In this document: positions 23,151-31,425 of the stretch, one piece after another | How positions within the stretch are numbered: the stretch's first letter is position 1 | Layout: each line of letters starts with the position of its first letter | Source of the DNA: Gammaproteobacteria bacterium | GTDB taxonomy: Bacteria; Pseudomonadota; Gammaproteobacteria; Steroidobacterales; Woeseiaceae | Assembly: GCA_029884165.1 (NCBI GenBank) | Contig: JAOUIH010000004.1 | Span: 21,011 to 85,010 of the forward strand | Length of the DNA: 64,000 nt | Direction: 5' to 3' | Program-made: the position numbers and the translations under genes | Notes under the pieces: model-generated | What the model was told of the DNA's origin: nothing | The model's input: only the letters and a program-made list of their open reading frames with translations | Databases searched by the model: none

Positions 23151-24664
23151 GGCCGCTCTCCCTCGTTCGCCCGCGCTTCCAGGTTGGCCCGCGCGGCCTG
23201 GTAATCGGAGAAGTCGTGGCGCTGGTCGCCGATGATCTGGTAGTCCTCGTGTCCTTTGCCGGCAATCAACACGACATCGCCGGGCGCCGCCTCCCGGATT
23301 GCATACGCAATCGCGGCCGATCGACTTTCGATCGCAATCGCTTCTGCATCCATGCCGGCGAGCACATCGGCGATGATTTGTGACGGCGGTTCGGTCCGGG
23401 GATTATCATTCGTTACCACCGCGCGATCCGCATCCCGGCTTGCAACCGCGCCCATCAACGGACGTTTGCCGCGGTCGCGGTCGCCACCGCAACCGAATAC
23501 GCACCAGAGCCTGGCGGACGTGTGCGAACGGAGCGCGCGAAGTACTGCTTCGAGTGCGGCCGGCGTGTGAGCGTAATCGACGTACACGGCCGGAAGACTG
23601 GATCCCTCGACCGCGACTCGCTGCAGACGACCCGGTGGCGCAGCGAGATATTCGATGACCGCGCAGGCGTCTTCGAACGATACGTTCCAGCACAGCAGCA
23701 GCGCGAGTACGACCAGCGCGTTCGACACGTTGAACTCGCCCGCCAGCGGGACCGATACATCGGCCTGGCCCCAGCTGCTGGCGACGCGCACACGATATCC
23801 CGCCGCCACCGCCTCGATGTCCCGCGCTGCGACATGGCGGCCCGTGCCCGCTTGCCTGTCACGCCGCGTGGCCACCCGGACGACACCGGTACCGCAGCGT
23901 TCGGCCAGCTCCATGCCGTATTCGCAATCGACGCTCACTACCTGGTGGCGCGACGAATGACTTGTGAACAGACGCGCCTTGCTTTCGAAATAAGCGCGCA
24001 TGTCGCTGTGGTAATCGATGTGATCCCGGCTAAGGTTCGTGAAAATTGTCGTGTCGAAACGCAAGCCATTCACGCGGTCCTGAACGAGCGCGTGCGACGA
24101 GACCTCGATGGCAGAGTAGTCGGCGCCCGCATCTCGAAACTCGGCGAGCAGTCGGTGTAATTCGAGGCACGGCGGAGTCGTCAGCGCGACATCACTGCGC
24201 AGCTCGTCGATGCCGGCACCGAGCGTACCGATGTAGCCGCAGCCGCGACCCAGCAATTGCATCGCCTGCGTCGCCAGGTACGCGACGGTCGTCTTGCCGT
24301 TCGTGCCGGTCACCCCGGCCAGGCGTAGTGACCTCGAGGGCGAGTCGTACCAGCGGTTCGCCACCTCCCCCAGTCCAGCCCCCAGGCCCTCGATGCCTAT
24401 GAACGGGACGCTGCCCGAGGCGAGTTTCGAATCGCCTGTTGCGCTATCCCACGCAACTGCGGCAGCCCCGCGCTCGATTGCGGTGGGCGCATGCGCGAGA
24501 CCATGAGTTGTTGCACCCTGCCAGGCAATGAACAGGTTGCCGGGCCGCACGCGTCGGCTGTCGTCGGCAATGCCCGTAATCGCCAGCGGTGGAGCGTCCG
24601 CCATACCCGCGAGGAGTTGTTGCAGGTTCGGCTTTGTCGGGAGCTGTTCCGCCGGCATGCTCAT
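23147..24664 (-). CDS. murE: UDP-MurNAc-L-Ala-D-Glu--2,6-diaminopimelate ligase
   Basis: Motifs VTGTNGKTT and DNPR, 505 aa. Confidence 0.93.
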   Translation of the reverse strand: MSMPAEQLPTKPNLQQLLAGMADAPPLAITGIADDSRRVRPGNLFIAWQGATTHGLAHAPTAIERGAAAVAWDSATGDSKLASGSVPFIGIEGLGAGLGEVANRWYDSPSRSLRLAGVTGTNGKTTVAYLATQAMQLLGRGCGYIGTLGAGIDELRSDVALTTPPCLELHRLLAEFRDAGADYSAIEVSSHALVQDRVNGLRFDTTIFTNLSRDHIDYHSDMRAYFESKARLFTSHSSRHQVVSVDCEYGMELAERCGTGVVRVATRRDRQAGTGRHVAARDIEAVAAGYRVRVASSWGQADVSVPLAGEFNVSNALVVLALLLCWNVSFEDACAVIEYLAAPPGRLQRVAVEGSSLPAVYVDYAHTPAALEAVLRALRSHTSARLWCVFGCGGDRDRGKRPLMGAVASRDADRAVVTNDNPRTEPPSQIIADVLAGMDAEAIAIESRSAAIAYAIREAAPGDVVLIAGKGHEDYQIIGDQRHDFSDYQAARANLEARANEGERP

Positions 24665-26388
24665 CGACTCATGGCCTGGATGATGCTGCCCGCATCGCGT
24701 GCGGGCAGCGCGTCGGGTGGCACGGCAAGCAATCGCAGCGACTCTGCCATGACCTCGCCGAACACCGGAGCCGCGACGTCGCTGCCGTAATAGAGTTCGC
24801 CCTTAGGCTCGTCTATGACGACGACTACCGCGAGCCGCGGTTCGTTGGCGGGCGCAAAGCCCGCGAATATCGACAGGTACTTGTCCTGCGAGTACCCGCC
24901 GGCCGCAAACTTCCATGCGGTGCCGGTCTTGCCGGCTACGTGGTAGCCCGCGACACTGGCCTTCGTCCCGGTACCACCCGGGCGTACGACCTCTTCCAGC
25001 ATCCGGCGAATCGCGAATGAGGTCTCGACGGAAATTGCGCGCTCTCCCTGCGCCGGCTGATCGAGTGCAACGAGGGAGACCGGGTGCATGATTCCGGCGC
25101 CACCGATAGCGGCGTAGGCCTGGGCGAGCTGCAGCGGAGTAAGAGATATGCCGTAGCCGTATGCGAGCGTCGCCTGGCTGATCGCCTGCCAATGGCTGTA
25201 GTGAGTCAGCAGCCCCGCGGACTCGCCCGGAAATCCGCTTGCGGTTAGCTCACCGAGACCGAAGCGCGTCATCGTGCCCCACAGTTGCTCCGGCTCGAGC
25301 GACAGAGCGACTTTGGTCGCTCCGACGTTGGAGGACCGTGACAGGACGGTCGTCAGGCTGATTCGACCGAGGTTACGCGTGTCCTCGATCTTCTTCGGGC
25401 CGACCACAACGTAGCCCGGCGCCGTATCGACGATGCTGCTCGGCTTGAATGCGCCGCTTTCCAGTGCAGCGGCAACGATAAGCGGTTTGATGCTCGAGCC
25501 GGGCTCGAAAATGTCCGTAATTGCCCGGTTCCTGTAACGCTCGGCCGAATACTGGGACCTGTCGTTGGGGTTGTATGCGGGCTGATTGACCATAGCCAGC
25601 ACTTCCCCGGTCTGAATATCGAGCACGACGACGGTGCCCGCGTCCGCCCGGAACTGCTGTATCGCGGCCTTCAGGGTCCGGTACGAGACGTACTGCAGCC
25701 TGAGGTCGATACTCGACCGCAGATCCTTGCCCGGGCGCGGCGGCTTGATGCTGGCGACGTTCTCGACCGAGCGCCCGAGGCGATCCTTCAACACGCGTTT
25801 CGCCCCCGACTCGCCGCTCAGCCAGTGATTGAAGGCCAGCTCCAGCCCCTCCTGGCCCTCATCGTCTATGCTCGTGAAGCCGACGAGGTGACCGGTCACT
25901 TCTCCCGACGGGTAGTAGCGACGGTATTCGCGCTGAATATTGATTCCGGGCAGTTTCAGCGCCATTACCCTATCCGCCTGGTCCGGGCTCAGGTGGCGCT
26001 TGAGGAACACGAACTCCTTGTCTGGTGCGCGCGTGATGCGACGCATCAGCGTCTGTGAATCGATTTCGAGCGCGCCCGCGAGAGCCGGCACCTTGTCGAC
26101 GGCGGAGGCAAATTCCCGAGGATTCACCCAGACGCTGTCGACCGGCGTGCTGATCGCCAGCGGCTCGCCATGGCGGTCCGTGATCGCACCCCGATGTGCG
26201 GAGATCCGTTCCGTCCGCAAGTGGCGCGTGTCGGCCTGCTGGTTGAGAAATTCCTTGTTGAAGACCTGCAGGTGTACCGCGCGCGCACCGAGCGCAGTCG
26301 CTGCACCAGCGAACAGCACCAGCACGAGAGTCGCGCGGCCAACAAACCTTCTTGCCGCCTGTTCCTTTGTTTCTGCGCCGCGGTTCAT
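24661..26388 (-). CDS. ftsI: Division-specific transpeptidase PBP3
   Basis: SxxK (SSIK), SSN and KTGT motifs are all present. It has an N-terminal TM helix. Confidence 0.93.
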   Translation of the reverse strand: MNRGAETKEQAARRFVGRATLVLVLFAGAATALGARAVHLQVFNKEFLNQQADTRHLRTERISAHRGAITDRHGEPLAISTPVDSVWVNPREFASAVDKVPALAGALEIDSQTLMRRITRAPDKEFVFLKRHLSPDQADRVMALKLPGINIQREYRRYYPSGEVTGHLVGFTSIDDEGQEGLELAFNHWLSGESGAKRVLKDRLGRSVENVASIKPPRPGKDLRSSIDLRLQYVSYRTLKAAIQQFRADAGTVVVLDIQTGEVLAMVNQPAYNPNDRSQYSAERYRNRAITDIFEPGSSIKPLIVAAALESGAFKPSSIVDTAPGYVVVGPKKIEDTRNLGRISLTTVLSRSSNVGATKVALSLEPEQLWGTMTRFGLGELTASGFPGESAGLLTHYSHWQAISQATLAYGYGISLTPLQLAQAYAAIGGAGIMHPVSLVALDQPAQGERAISVETSFAIRRMLEEVVRPGGTGTKASVAGYHVAGKTGTAWKFAAGGYSQDKYLSIFAGFAPANEPRLAVVVVIDEPKGELYYGSDVAAPVFGEVMAESLRLLAVPPDALPARDAGSIIQAMSR

Positions 26389-26678
26389 TGCCGTTCGATG
26401 ACGTAGACTTCCGTAGACCCGGGCCGGACCAGCGACAGATCACGAGTCGCGACCTGCTCGATGCGGCCATGCGTAGCCCAGGTGCTCTGCTCGATCTGGA
26501 GCTGACCCCACTCGATATTCAGCTCGTCGCGCTCGGCGGTCAGCCGCTCGAGTTCGATGAACAACTTGCGGGATTCGTGTTTCGTGTAAATGAGCGCTAC
26601 CGCCGATAGCACGCAGACGATTGCGAACACGAGTGTCATCAGCCCGGATTGACGTACTGGCCTGAGATCCATCAGCAT
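26385..26678 (-). CDS. ftsL: Cell division protein FtsL
   Basis: 97 aa from ATG 26678, with one TM helix (LMTLVFAIVCVLSAVALIY) followed by a coiled coil. It lies between rsmH and ftsI. The upstream part of the track ORF overlaps rsmH. Confidence 0.8.
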   Translation of the reverse strand: MLMDLRPVRQSGLMTLVFAIVCVLSAVALIYTKHESRKLFIELERLTAERDELNIEWGQLQIEQSTWATHGRIEQVATRDLSLVRPGSTEVYVIERQ

Positions 26679-27619
26679 CGCTCGGCAACTCTGAGCCGCG
26701 CGCTGCGGCTGCGAGGATTGGCCGCCTGCTCGGCTTCGTCCGCTGTTACGAGCCTGCCGACGATGCGCAGCTTCGGACGATGCTGTTCCGGCACCTCGGG
26801 CATGCCCCGATACTGCTCTGACTCGAGCGAATTGCGGCGCATGAAGCGCTTCACGCGGCGATCCTCCAGGGAGTGAAAGCTGATGACGCAGAGACGGCCG
26901 CCTGTCCGCAGCAGCCCGATACTTGCGTCGAGAGCCTTGTCCAGCTGGCCCAACTCGTCGTTCACGGCAATCCTGATAGCCTGGAAGACTTTCGTCGCCG
27001 GATGACGCCATTCGCCGCGTTCCTTCCGCTTGACCGAAGCGACGAGATCGGCAAGCTGCCGCGTGCGCGTGATCGGCTGCTCTCGCCGCGCGCTGACGAT
27101 TGCCGCCGCGATCCGGCCGGCGGCTTGCTCTTCTCCGTATTCCCGCAACACTCTTCTCAGGTTCCTTTCATCCACTGACGCCAGCCACTCGGCAGCACTG
27201 CACCCCGATTCCGGGTCCATGCGCATGTCGAGGGGTCCGTCAGACTGGAAACTGAATCCCCGCTCGGCTGCATCCAGCTGCGGCGAGGAGACGCCCAGAT
27301 CGAGTAGCAGCCCATCCACACGGCCGAGGAGGCCGCGCCGTGCTGCAATCTTTTCGAGTTCCGCAATTTCGCCCCTTACAAGTTCGAACCGCGGATCGGC
27401 GGCAAGCGCTTTGTCGATTTCGGTATGCGCCTGGGGGTCACGATCGATTGCGAGCAATCGCCCGTTCGGTCCCAGACATTCGAGAATCGCTTTGCTGTGC
27501 CCCCCGCGGCCAAAAGTTCCGTCTATGTAGTTACCGTCAGCCTTGATACAGAGCCCGTCGAGCACCGGTTCCAACAGGACCGGAATATGTGCCCCGGCAC
27601 CGCTCGGACTGGCGCTCAC
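26672..27619 (-). CDS. rsmH: 16S rRNA m4C1402 methyltransferase RsmH (MraW)
   Basis: Motifs HIPVLLEPVL and GTFGRGGHS. GTG start. Confidence 0.93.
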   Translation of the reverse strand: MSASPSGAGAHIPVLLEPVLDGLCIKADGNYIDGTFGRGGHSKAILECLGPNGRLLAIDRDPQAHTEIDKALAADPRFELVRGEIAELEKIAARRGLLGRVDGLLLDLGVSSPQLDAAERGFSFQSDGPLDMRMDPESGCSAAEWLASVDERNLRRVLREYGEEQAAGRIAAAIVSARREQPITRTRQLADLVASVKRKERGEWRHPATKVFQAIRIAVNDELGQLDKALDASIGLLRTGGRLCVISFHSLEDRRVKRFMRRNSLESEQYRGMPEVPEQHRPKLRIVGRLVTADEAEQAANPRSRSARLRVAERC

Positions 27620-27631
27620 GCGACTCTTTGC

Positions 27632-28081
27632 TTACAGAGAGAGCGACTCGAGCTCGGCCGGAAGATCGACCTCGTCTTCCTCACCCAGCCACGCGTCGCG
27701 CTTCTCGTTCCAACGCACTTCGTCCCAGAGCTCGAACTTGTTGCCCTGGCCAATCAACACGGCCTGGCGATCCAGACCCGCAAATTCCCGGAGTTCCTTC
27801 GGCAGCAGGATTCTGCCGTGGCCATCGAGGTCGAGCTCGGTGGCGTAGCCCACCATCAGCCGCTGCAGTCGCCGTGCCTGCTTGTTCAGGCTAGGGAGAC
27901 GAACCAGCTTGCGCTCGATCTCTTCCCAGTCAGGAAATGGATAGATAAGGAGGCAGTAGTCCTTGTCGACGGTGGCCACCAATTGCCCATCGCAACGGGT
28001 GGCGAGCCGGTCCCGGTATCGGGTCGGAATCGCCAGGCGCCCCTTGGCATCGAGCGTTACTTTGGTAGCCCCACGGAACAC
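27632..28081 (-). CDS. mraZ: Transcriptional regulator MraZ
   Basis: N-terminus MFRGATKVTLDAKGRLAIP with a duplicated SpoVT/AbrB-like module. It is the first gene of the dcw cluster and has a GTG start. Confidence 0.93.
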   Translation of the reverse strand: MFRGATKVTLDAKGRLAIPTRYRDRLATRCDGQLVATVDKDYCLLIYPFPDWEEIERKLVRLPSLNKQARRLQRLMVGYATELDLDGHGRILLPKELREFAGLDRQAVLIGQGNKFELWDEVRWNEKRDAWLGEEDEVDLPAELESLSL

Positions 28082-28111
28082 GGTCAGTTTTCGATGGAGC
28101 CCGCTTCAGAA

Positions 28112-28146
28112 TCCCAAGCAGACCCATCTCCTCCCACTTTTTTCCA
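28112..28146 (-). promoter_or_regulatory. Putative MraZ operator: four direct TGGRN repeats with 5-nt spacers
   Basis: The minus strand reads TGGAA-aaaag-TGGGA-ggaga-TGGGT-ctgct-TGGGA, an exact 10-nt phasing. The E. coli MraZ site is described as TGGGN repeats with 5-nt spacers. Confidence 0.65.
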
Positions 28147-28155
28147 CTTTTCAAC

Positions 28156-28184
28156 ACTATATTCGGGGGTTCCGGCAGCGTCAA
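28156..28184 (-). promoter_or_regulatory. Sigma70-type promoter for mraZ/dcw (Pmra): TTGACG-17 nt-TATAGT
   Basis: The minus strand reads TTGACGctgccggaacccccgaaTATAGT. The repeats start a few nt downstream of the predicted transcription start. Confidence 0.6.
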
Positions 28185-28310
28185 CCGAACCCGGCAAATA
28201 ATTGTTGTTCTACAGGTACTTAGAGGCCGATTCGTGGTGAAATTCTGACCAATTATGGCGGCGATTAAGAGGTGCAAATCAAGGACTTAAAGGGCTTATC
28301 TCGATACTTG

Positions 28311-28339
28311 CTAACAAAGCTGTCGCCGAGCGGCGACAG
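28311..28339 (-). terminator. Terminator-like hairpin (CTGTCGCC-GCTC-GGCGACAG + CTTTGTT on the - strand)
   Basis: 8-bp perfect stem read directly. It lies about 130 nt downstream of the rnpB terminator and about 125 nt upstream of Pmra. Confidence 0.35.
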
Positions 28340-28430
28340 TAGGCGAATCCAGGGCCGTTGCCGGCCCTTCCAAAGCCGGGCTGCGCCCGATACCTCGAGG
28401 GCTGCCGTGGCCAAAACTTTAACTTATTGT

Positions 28431-28462
28431 TTTTTATAAATAAAGCGGCCCTGAACGGGCCG
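28431..28462 (-). terminator. Intrinsic terminator of rnpB
   Basis: The minus strand reads CGGCCC-gttca-GGGCCG followed by CTTTATTTATAAAAAA, immediately after the rnpB 3' end. Confidence 0.7.
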
Positions 28463-28467
28463 GAGAG

Positions 28468-28859
28468 GTGGAAAGACAGGAGTCGCCCGTAAGCCGGGTT
28501 CTGTCGTGGGCAATCATTCATCTGGGACGGTCGTCGCCGACCGCCTCTAGCGACCTACCCGGGAGCCCGCTCGGGGCCGGCGGTGCAGCCTTGCGGCCGC
28601 GTGCTCCCCTATTTGGTCTTGCTCCAGGCGGGGTTTACCCTGCCGCGGCGTGTTGCCACCCGCGCGGTGCGCTCTTACCGCACCTTTTCACCCTTACCGG
28701 CGCCTCGCGGCGCTTAGGCGGTATGTTTTCTGTGGCACTTTCCATGGGCTCTCGCCCTCCAGGAATTACCTGGCGCCCTGCCCGATGGAGCCCGGACTTT
28801 CCTCCGGCGCGAACCCTGCGGTCCGTCCGGCGACTGCCTGGGCGACTCCTGCCTTTCCG
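28468..28859 (-). ncRNA. rnpB: RNase P RNA, bacterial type A
   Basis: The minus strand contains GGAGGAAAGTCCGGGCTCCATCGGGCAGGG, GGTAAGGGTGAAAAGGTGCGGTAAGAGCGCACC, AGCAAGACCAAATAGGGG and AGATGAATGATTGCCCACGACAGAACCCGGCTTA. These are collinear with E. coli M1 RNA. P1 pairing joins the 5' AGGCAGGAGTCGCCC to the 3' GGGCGACTCCTGTCT. A TATGAT -10 lies at 28868-28873. The ends are good to a few nt. Confidence 0.93.
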
Positions 28860-28987
28860 GACCACGGATCATACCGGAAGTTCCGCCTGCCCGGCTCGAT
28901 AGGCGACCATGATGTACACTCCGCCGGAAATTTCCGCAGCGACAGGCCCGCCGAACCGGGGGGCCTCGCCAGTGCCCGGACAGACCA

Positions 28988-30460
28988 CTGGAAAAGACCA
29001 CCGTCATCCTCGTCACGCTGATTGCCTACAAGGCCTCCCTCGTCGGGATCGGTCTCTGGGCCTCCCGGCGCATCCGCGACGAAACAGACTTCCTGCTTGG
29101 TGGCCGCAAGCTCGGCGCCTGGGTGGCCGGGCTGTCCTATGCCGCGAGCACGTCGTCGGCATGGGCGCTGCTCGGCTTTTCCGGATTCATGTTTACCTAC
29201 GGAGTCGCGGCACTCTGGATGCTCCCTGGCATCTGGGGTGGCTACGTGCTGGTCTGGCTGTGGTTCGGCCCGCTGCTGGGGCGCGAGTCCCGCGAACGCC
29301 GCTGGGTCACGCCGACCGACTTCCTGTGCGCGAACGTTGCGACGGCGGAGCGGGCACGCATTGCGGCGCTCGCCACATTGCTGATCGCGTTCTGCTTCAT
29401 TTTTTACATCGCCGCGCAATTCGACGCGGCCGCCACTGCCTTTACGACGAATTTTGCGATGGGCAAAGCCGCCAGCCTGTTGCTCAGTGCCGGCATCATT
29501 TTGATTTACTGCCTGCTGGGTGGTTTCTGGGCCGCCAGCGTGACCGACACGCTGCAGGGACTCGTAATGATGCTCGCCGCGATACTGGTGCCCGTATTTG
29601 CCGTGATCGCCGCAGGCGGGCCCGCAGAAATCCTGGCCGGCCTTGATCAGGCGGAACCGGCGTTCCGCGACTGGAGCGGCGGCTACGTGGGCTTCACGCT
29701 CACTGGTTTCGTGCTGGGGATGGCGGGAGTCGGTCTCGGCGCCTGTGGCCAGCCGCAGCTGCTCGCGCGACTGATGGCGGTACGCGGCGAACGCGAACGC
29801 AAGCGCGGCTTCATGATCGCCATCACCTGGGCAGTTATCGTGTACGTCGGCATGTCCTGGCTCGCGCTGTCGGCCCGGAGCCTCGCGCTCGCCCCCGATA
29901 CCGGGGAACAGATCTTCTACCTGCTGGCGGACAGCCTTTTGCCGCCTGTGCTGGCGGGCATCGTCATCGCATCGATACTCTCGGCAGTGATGTCCACCGT
30001 GGATTCCCTTTTGCTGGCGGCCTCCGCCGCCGTAGCGCACGATCTCGGGCTTGCACAGCGGACCAAACGCGGGGAGGTATGGATATCGCGCATCGTCATG
30101 ACCTTGATCGTGGTCGCCGCCGTCGTCCTCGCTTTGAGCCTGCCGGACACGATCTTCAATCGCGTGCTGTTTGCCTGGAGCGCGCTGGGCGCGGCTTTCG
30201 GCCCGCTGGTCATCGCACGTGTCATGCGGCGCGAACCGCCCGCCGCGGCCCGCTTCTGGAGCATCGCGACCGGCTTCGGGTTGACGGTCGCCTTTTACGT
30301 TCTCGGTACATTTGCGCCCGCCGAGGCAGGGAACGCCGCAATGGCTGTCCTCATCGACCTGGCTACGATGCCCGGCGACCCGTTCGAGCGCGCAATCCCG
30401 TTCGTCCCGCCGTTGCTGATACTGTTCCTCTGGCCAGGCTCCCTTCGCCCGGTCGCCTGA
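28988..30460 (+). CDS. Sodium:solute symporter family (PutP-like) transporter; start codon non-canonical or gene disrupted
   Basis: The in-frame N-terminus (L)EKTTVILVTLIAYKASLVGIGLWASRRIRDETDFLLGGRKLG parallels PutP TM1 and its GGR motif. This frame has no ATG/GTG/TTG between the stop at 28910 and GTG 29123. The coordinate uses CTG 28988; the track ORF starts at 29123. Confidence 0.75.
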   Translation: MEKTTVILVTLIAYKASLVGIGLWASRRIRDETDFLLGGRKLGAWVAGLSYAASTSSAWALLGFSGFMFTYGVAALWMLPGIWGGYVLVWLWFGPLLGRESRERRWVTPTDFLCANVATAERARIAALATLLIAFCFIFYIAAQFDAAATAFTTNFAMGKAASLLLSAGIILIYCLLGGFWAASVTDTLQGLVMMLAAILVPVFAVIAAGGPAEILAGLDQAEPAFRDWSGGYVGFTLTGFVLGMAGVGLGACGQPQLLARLMAVRGERERKRGFMIAITWAVIVYVGMSWLALSARSLALAPDTGEQIFYLLADSLLPPVLAGIVIASILSAVMSTVDSLLLAASAAVAHDLGLAQRTKRGEVWISRIVMTLIVVAAVVLALSLPDTIFNRVLFAWSALGAAFGPLVIARVMRREPPAAARFWSIATGFGLTVAFYVLGTFAPAEAGNAAMAVLIDLATMPGDPFERAIPFVPPLLILFLWPGSLRPVA

Positions 30461-30486
30461 GGTCGAGTCCGCCGGCTGGCCGATGC

Positions 30487-31389
30487 TCAGTCGCGCACGG
30501 CGCCCTTGAGCGCGAGCATCGCCCGATAGACGTCGTTGCGTCGCTGGCCGGTGAGCCGCGAAACGATGTCGACCGCCTGGCTGCCGGGCAGCAACGGGAT
30601 CAGCTCCAGCAATAGCTGGTCGACGCCGACGGCAGCAACTTCGCTCGATGCACCCCGGGCGCCCGCAGTGACGACGACGAACTCTCCTTTTGCCGGAATC
30701 TCGCCCGAGTCCAGCAGCTCCAGCAGCCTGCCGAGCGTGGCCCGCACGCATTGCTCGTGCAGCTTGGTCAGCTCCCGGCCGACGAATGCCGGCCGATCGG
30801 CTCCGAAGATTTCCGTAAGATCGGCGAGCATTTCGCGAACCCGGTGCACGGCTTCCAGGAAAACGAGGCTGCGCGGCTCGTTGCGCAGCTCCTCGAGCAC
30901 AGCCCGGCGGGCCTCACGCCTGGCCGGGAGGTAACCCTCGAAACAGAACCGGTCCGTAGGCAGGCCCGCGACCGAGAGTGCGCAGACAACAGCGCTCGGC
31001 CCCGGCACGGGCGATACGCAGAGGCCCTGTTCGTGTGCGCTCTCCAGCAGCCGGAAGCCCGGATCGTTGATGAGCGGCGTGCCGGCGTCGCTGACGAGCG
31101 CAACGGACGCACCGGCGAGAAGCTCGTCCAGGACACGCCGGCAAGCGCGCTCTTCGTTGTGTTCGTGCAGGGATATTTGCGGCGTCTTGATGCCGAAATG
31201 CGATAGCAATCGACCTGTCCGGCGGGTATCCTCGGCGGCGATCAGATCGACCGCGCCCAGCACCTGCCGGGCGCGGGGAGAGAGGTCGTCGCGATTGCCG
31301 ATCGGCGTCGCGACTACGAACAGCGTGCCGTGTTTCGAATTCACTCTTCTTGGCCGATATGCTGCGGACAGGGAGTAACCGGATGCCAT
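30487..31389 (-). CDS. rsmI: 16S rRNA 2'-O-methyltransferase RsmI (YraL)
   Basis: Motifs VVATPIGNRDDLS, AAEDTRRTG and SDAGTPLINDPG, and it is divergent from lpoA as in E. coli. The start is ambiguous (ATG 31389 or GTG 31344). Confidence 0.88.
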   Translation of the reverse strand: MASGYSLSAAYRPRRVNSKHGTLFVVATPIGNRDDLSPRARQVLGAVDLIAAEDTRRTGRLLSHFGIKTPQISLHEHNEERACRRVLDELLAGASVALVSDAGTPLINDPGFRLLESAHEQGLCVSPVPGPSAVVCALSVAGLPTDRFCFEGYLPARREARRAVLEELRNEPRSLVFLEAVHRVREMLADLTEIFGADRPAFVGRELTKLHEQCVRATLGRLLELLDSGEIPAKGEFVVVTAGARGASSEVAAVGVDQLLLELIPLLPGSQAVDIVSRLTGQRRNDVYRAMLALKGAVRD

Positions 31390-31425
31390 CGTGCCCGCTG
31401 TACGGCTGGCCGCGCAAGCAATGCT

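Noticed and set aside
28256-28291. 11-codon ORF (MAAIKRCKSRT) in the AT-rich region upstream of Pmra
   Set aside because: It has no Shine-Dalgarno, is tiny, and sits in a promoter-upstream region. There is no reason to call it.
28909-29646. 245-aa plus-strand ORF beginning ATGATG, just upstream of the symporter
   Set aside because: As an independent protein it is Arg/Pro/Gly-rich junk overlapping the real transporter frame. It is kept only as the possible original start of the transporter if the G6 run at 28958-28963 carries an indel (see finding).
28766-30751. 661-aa minus-strand ORF spanning the symporter locus and running into rsmI
   Set aside because: It is antisense to a clearly genuine polytopic transporter and out of frame with rsmI. 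Its translation is Arg/Gly/Asp/Gln-rich with no recognisable motifs, and it overlaps rnpB. It is a typical shadow ORF of GC-rich DNA.
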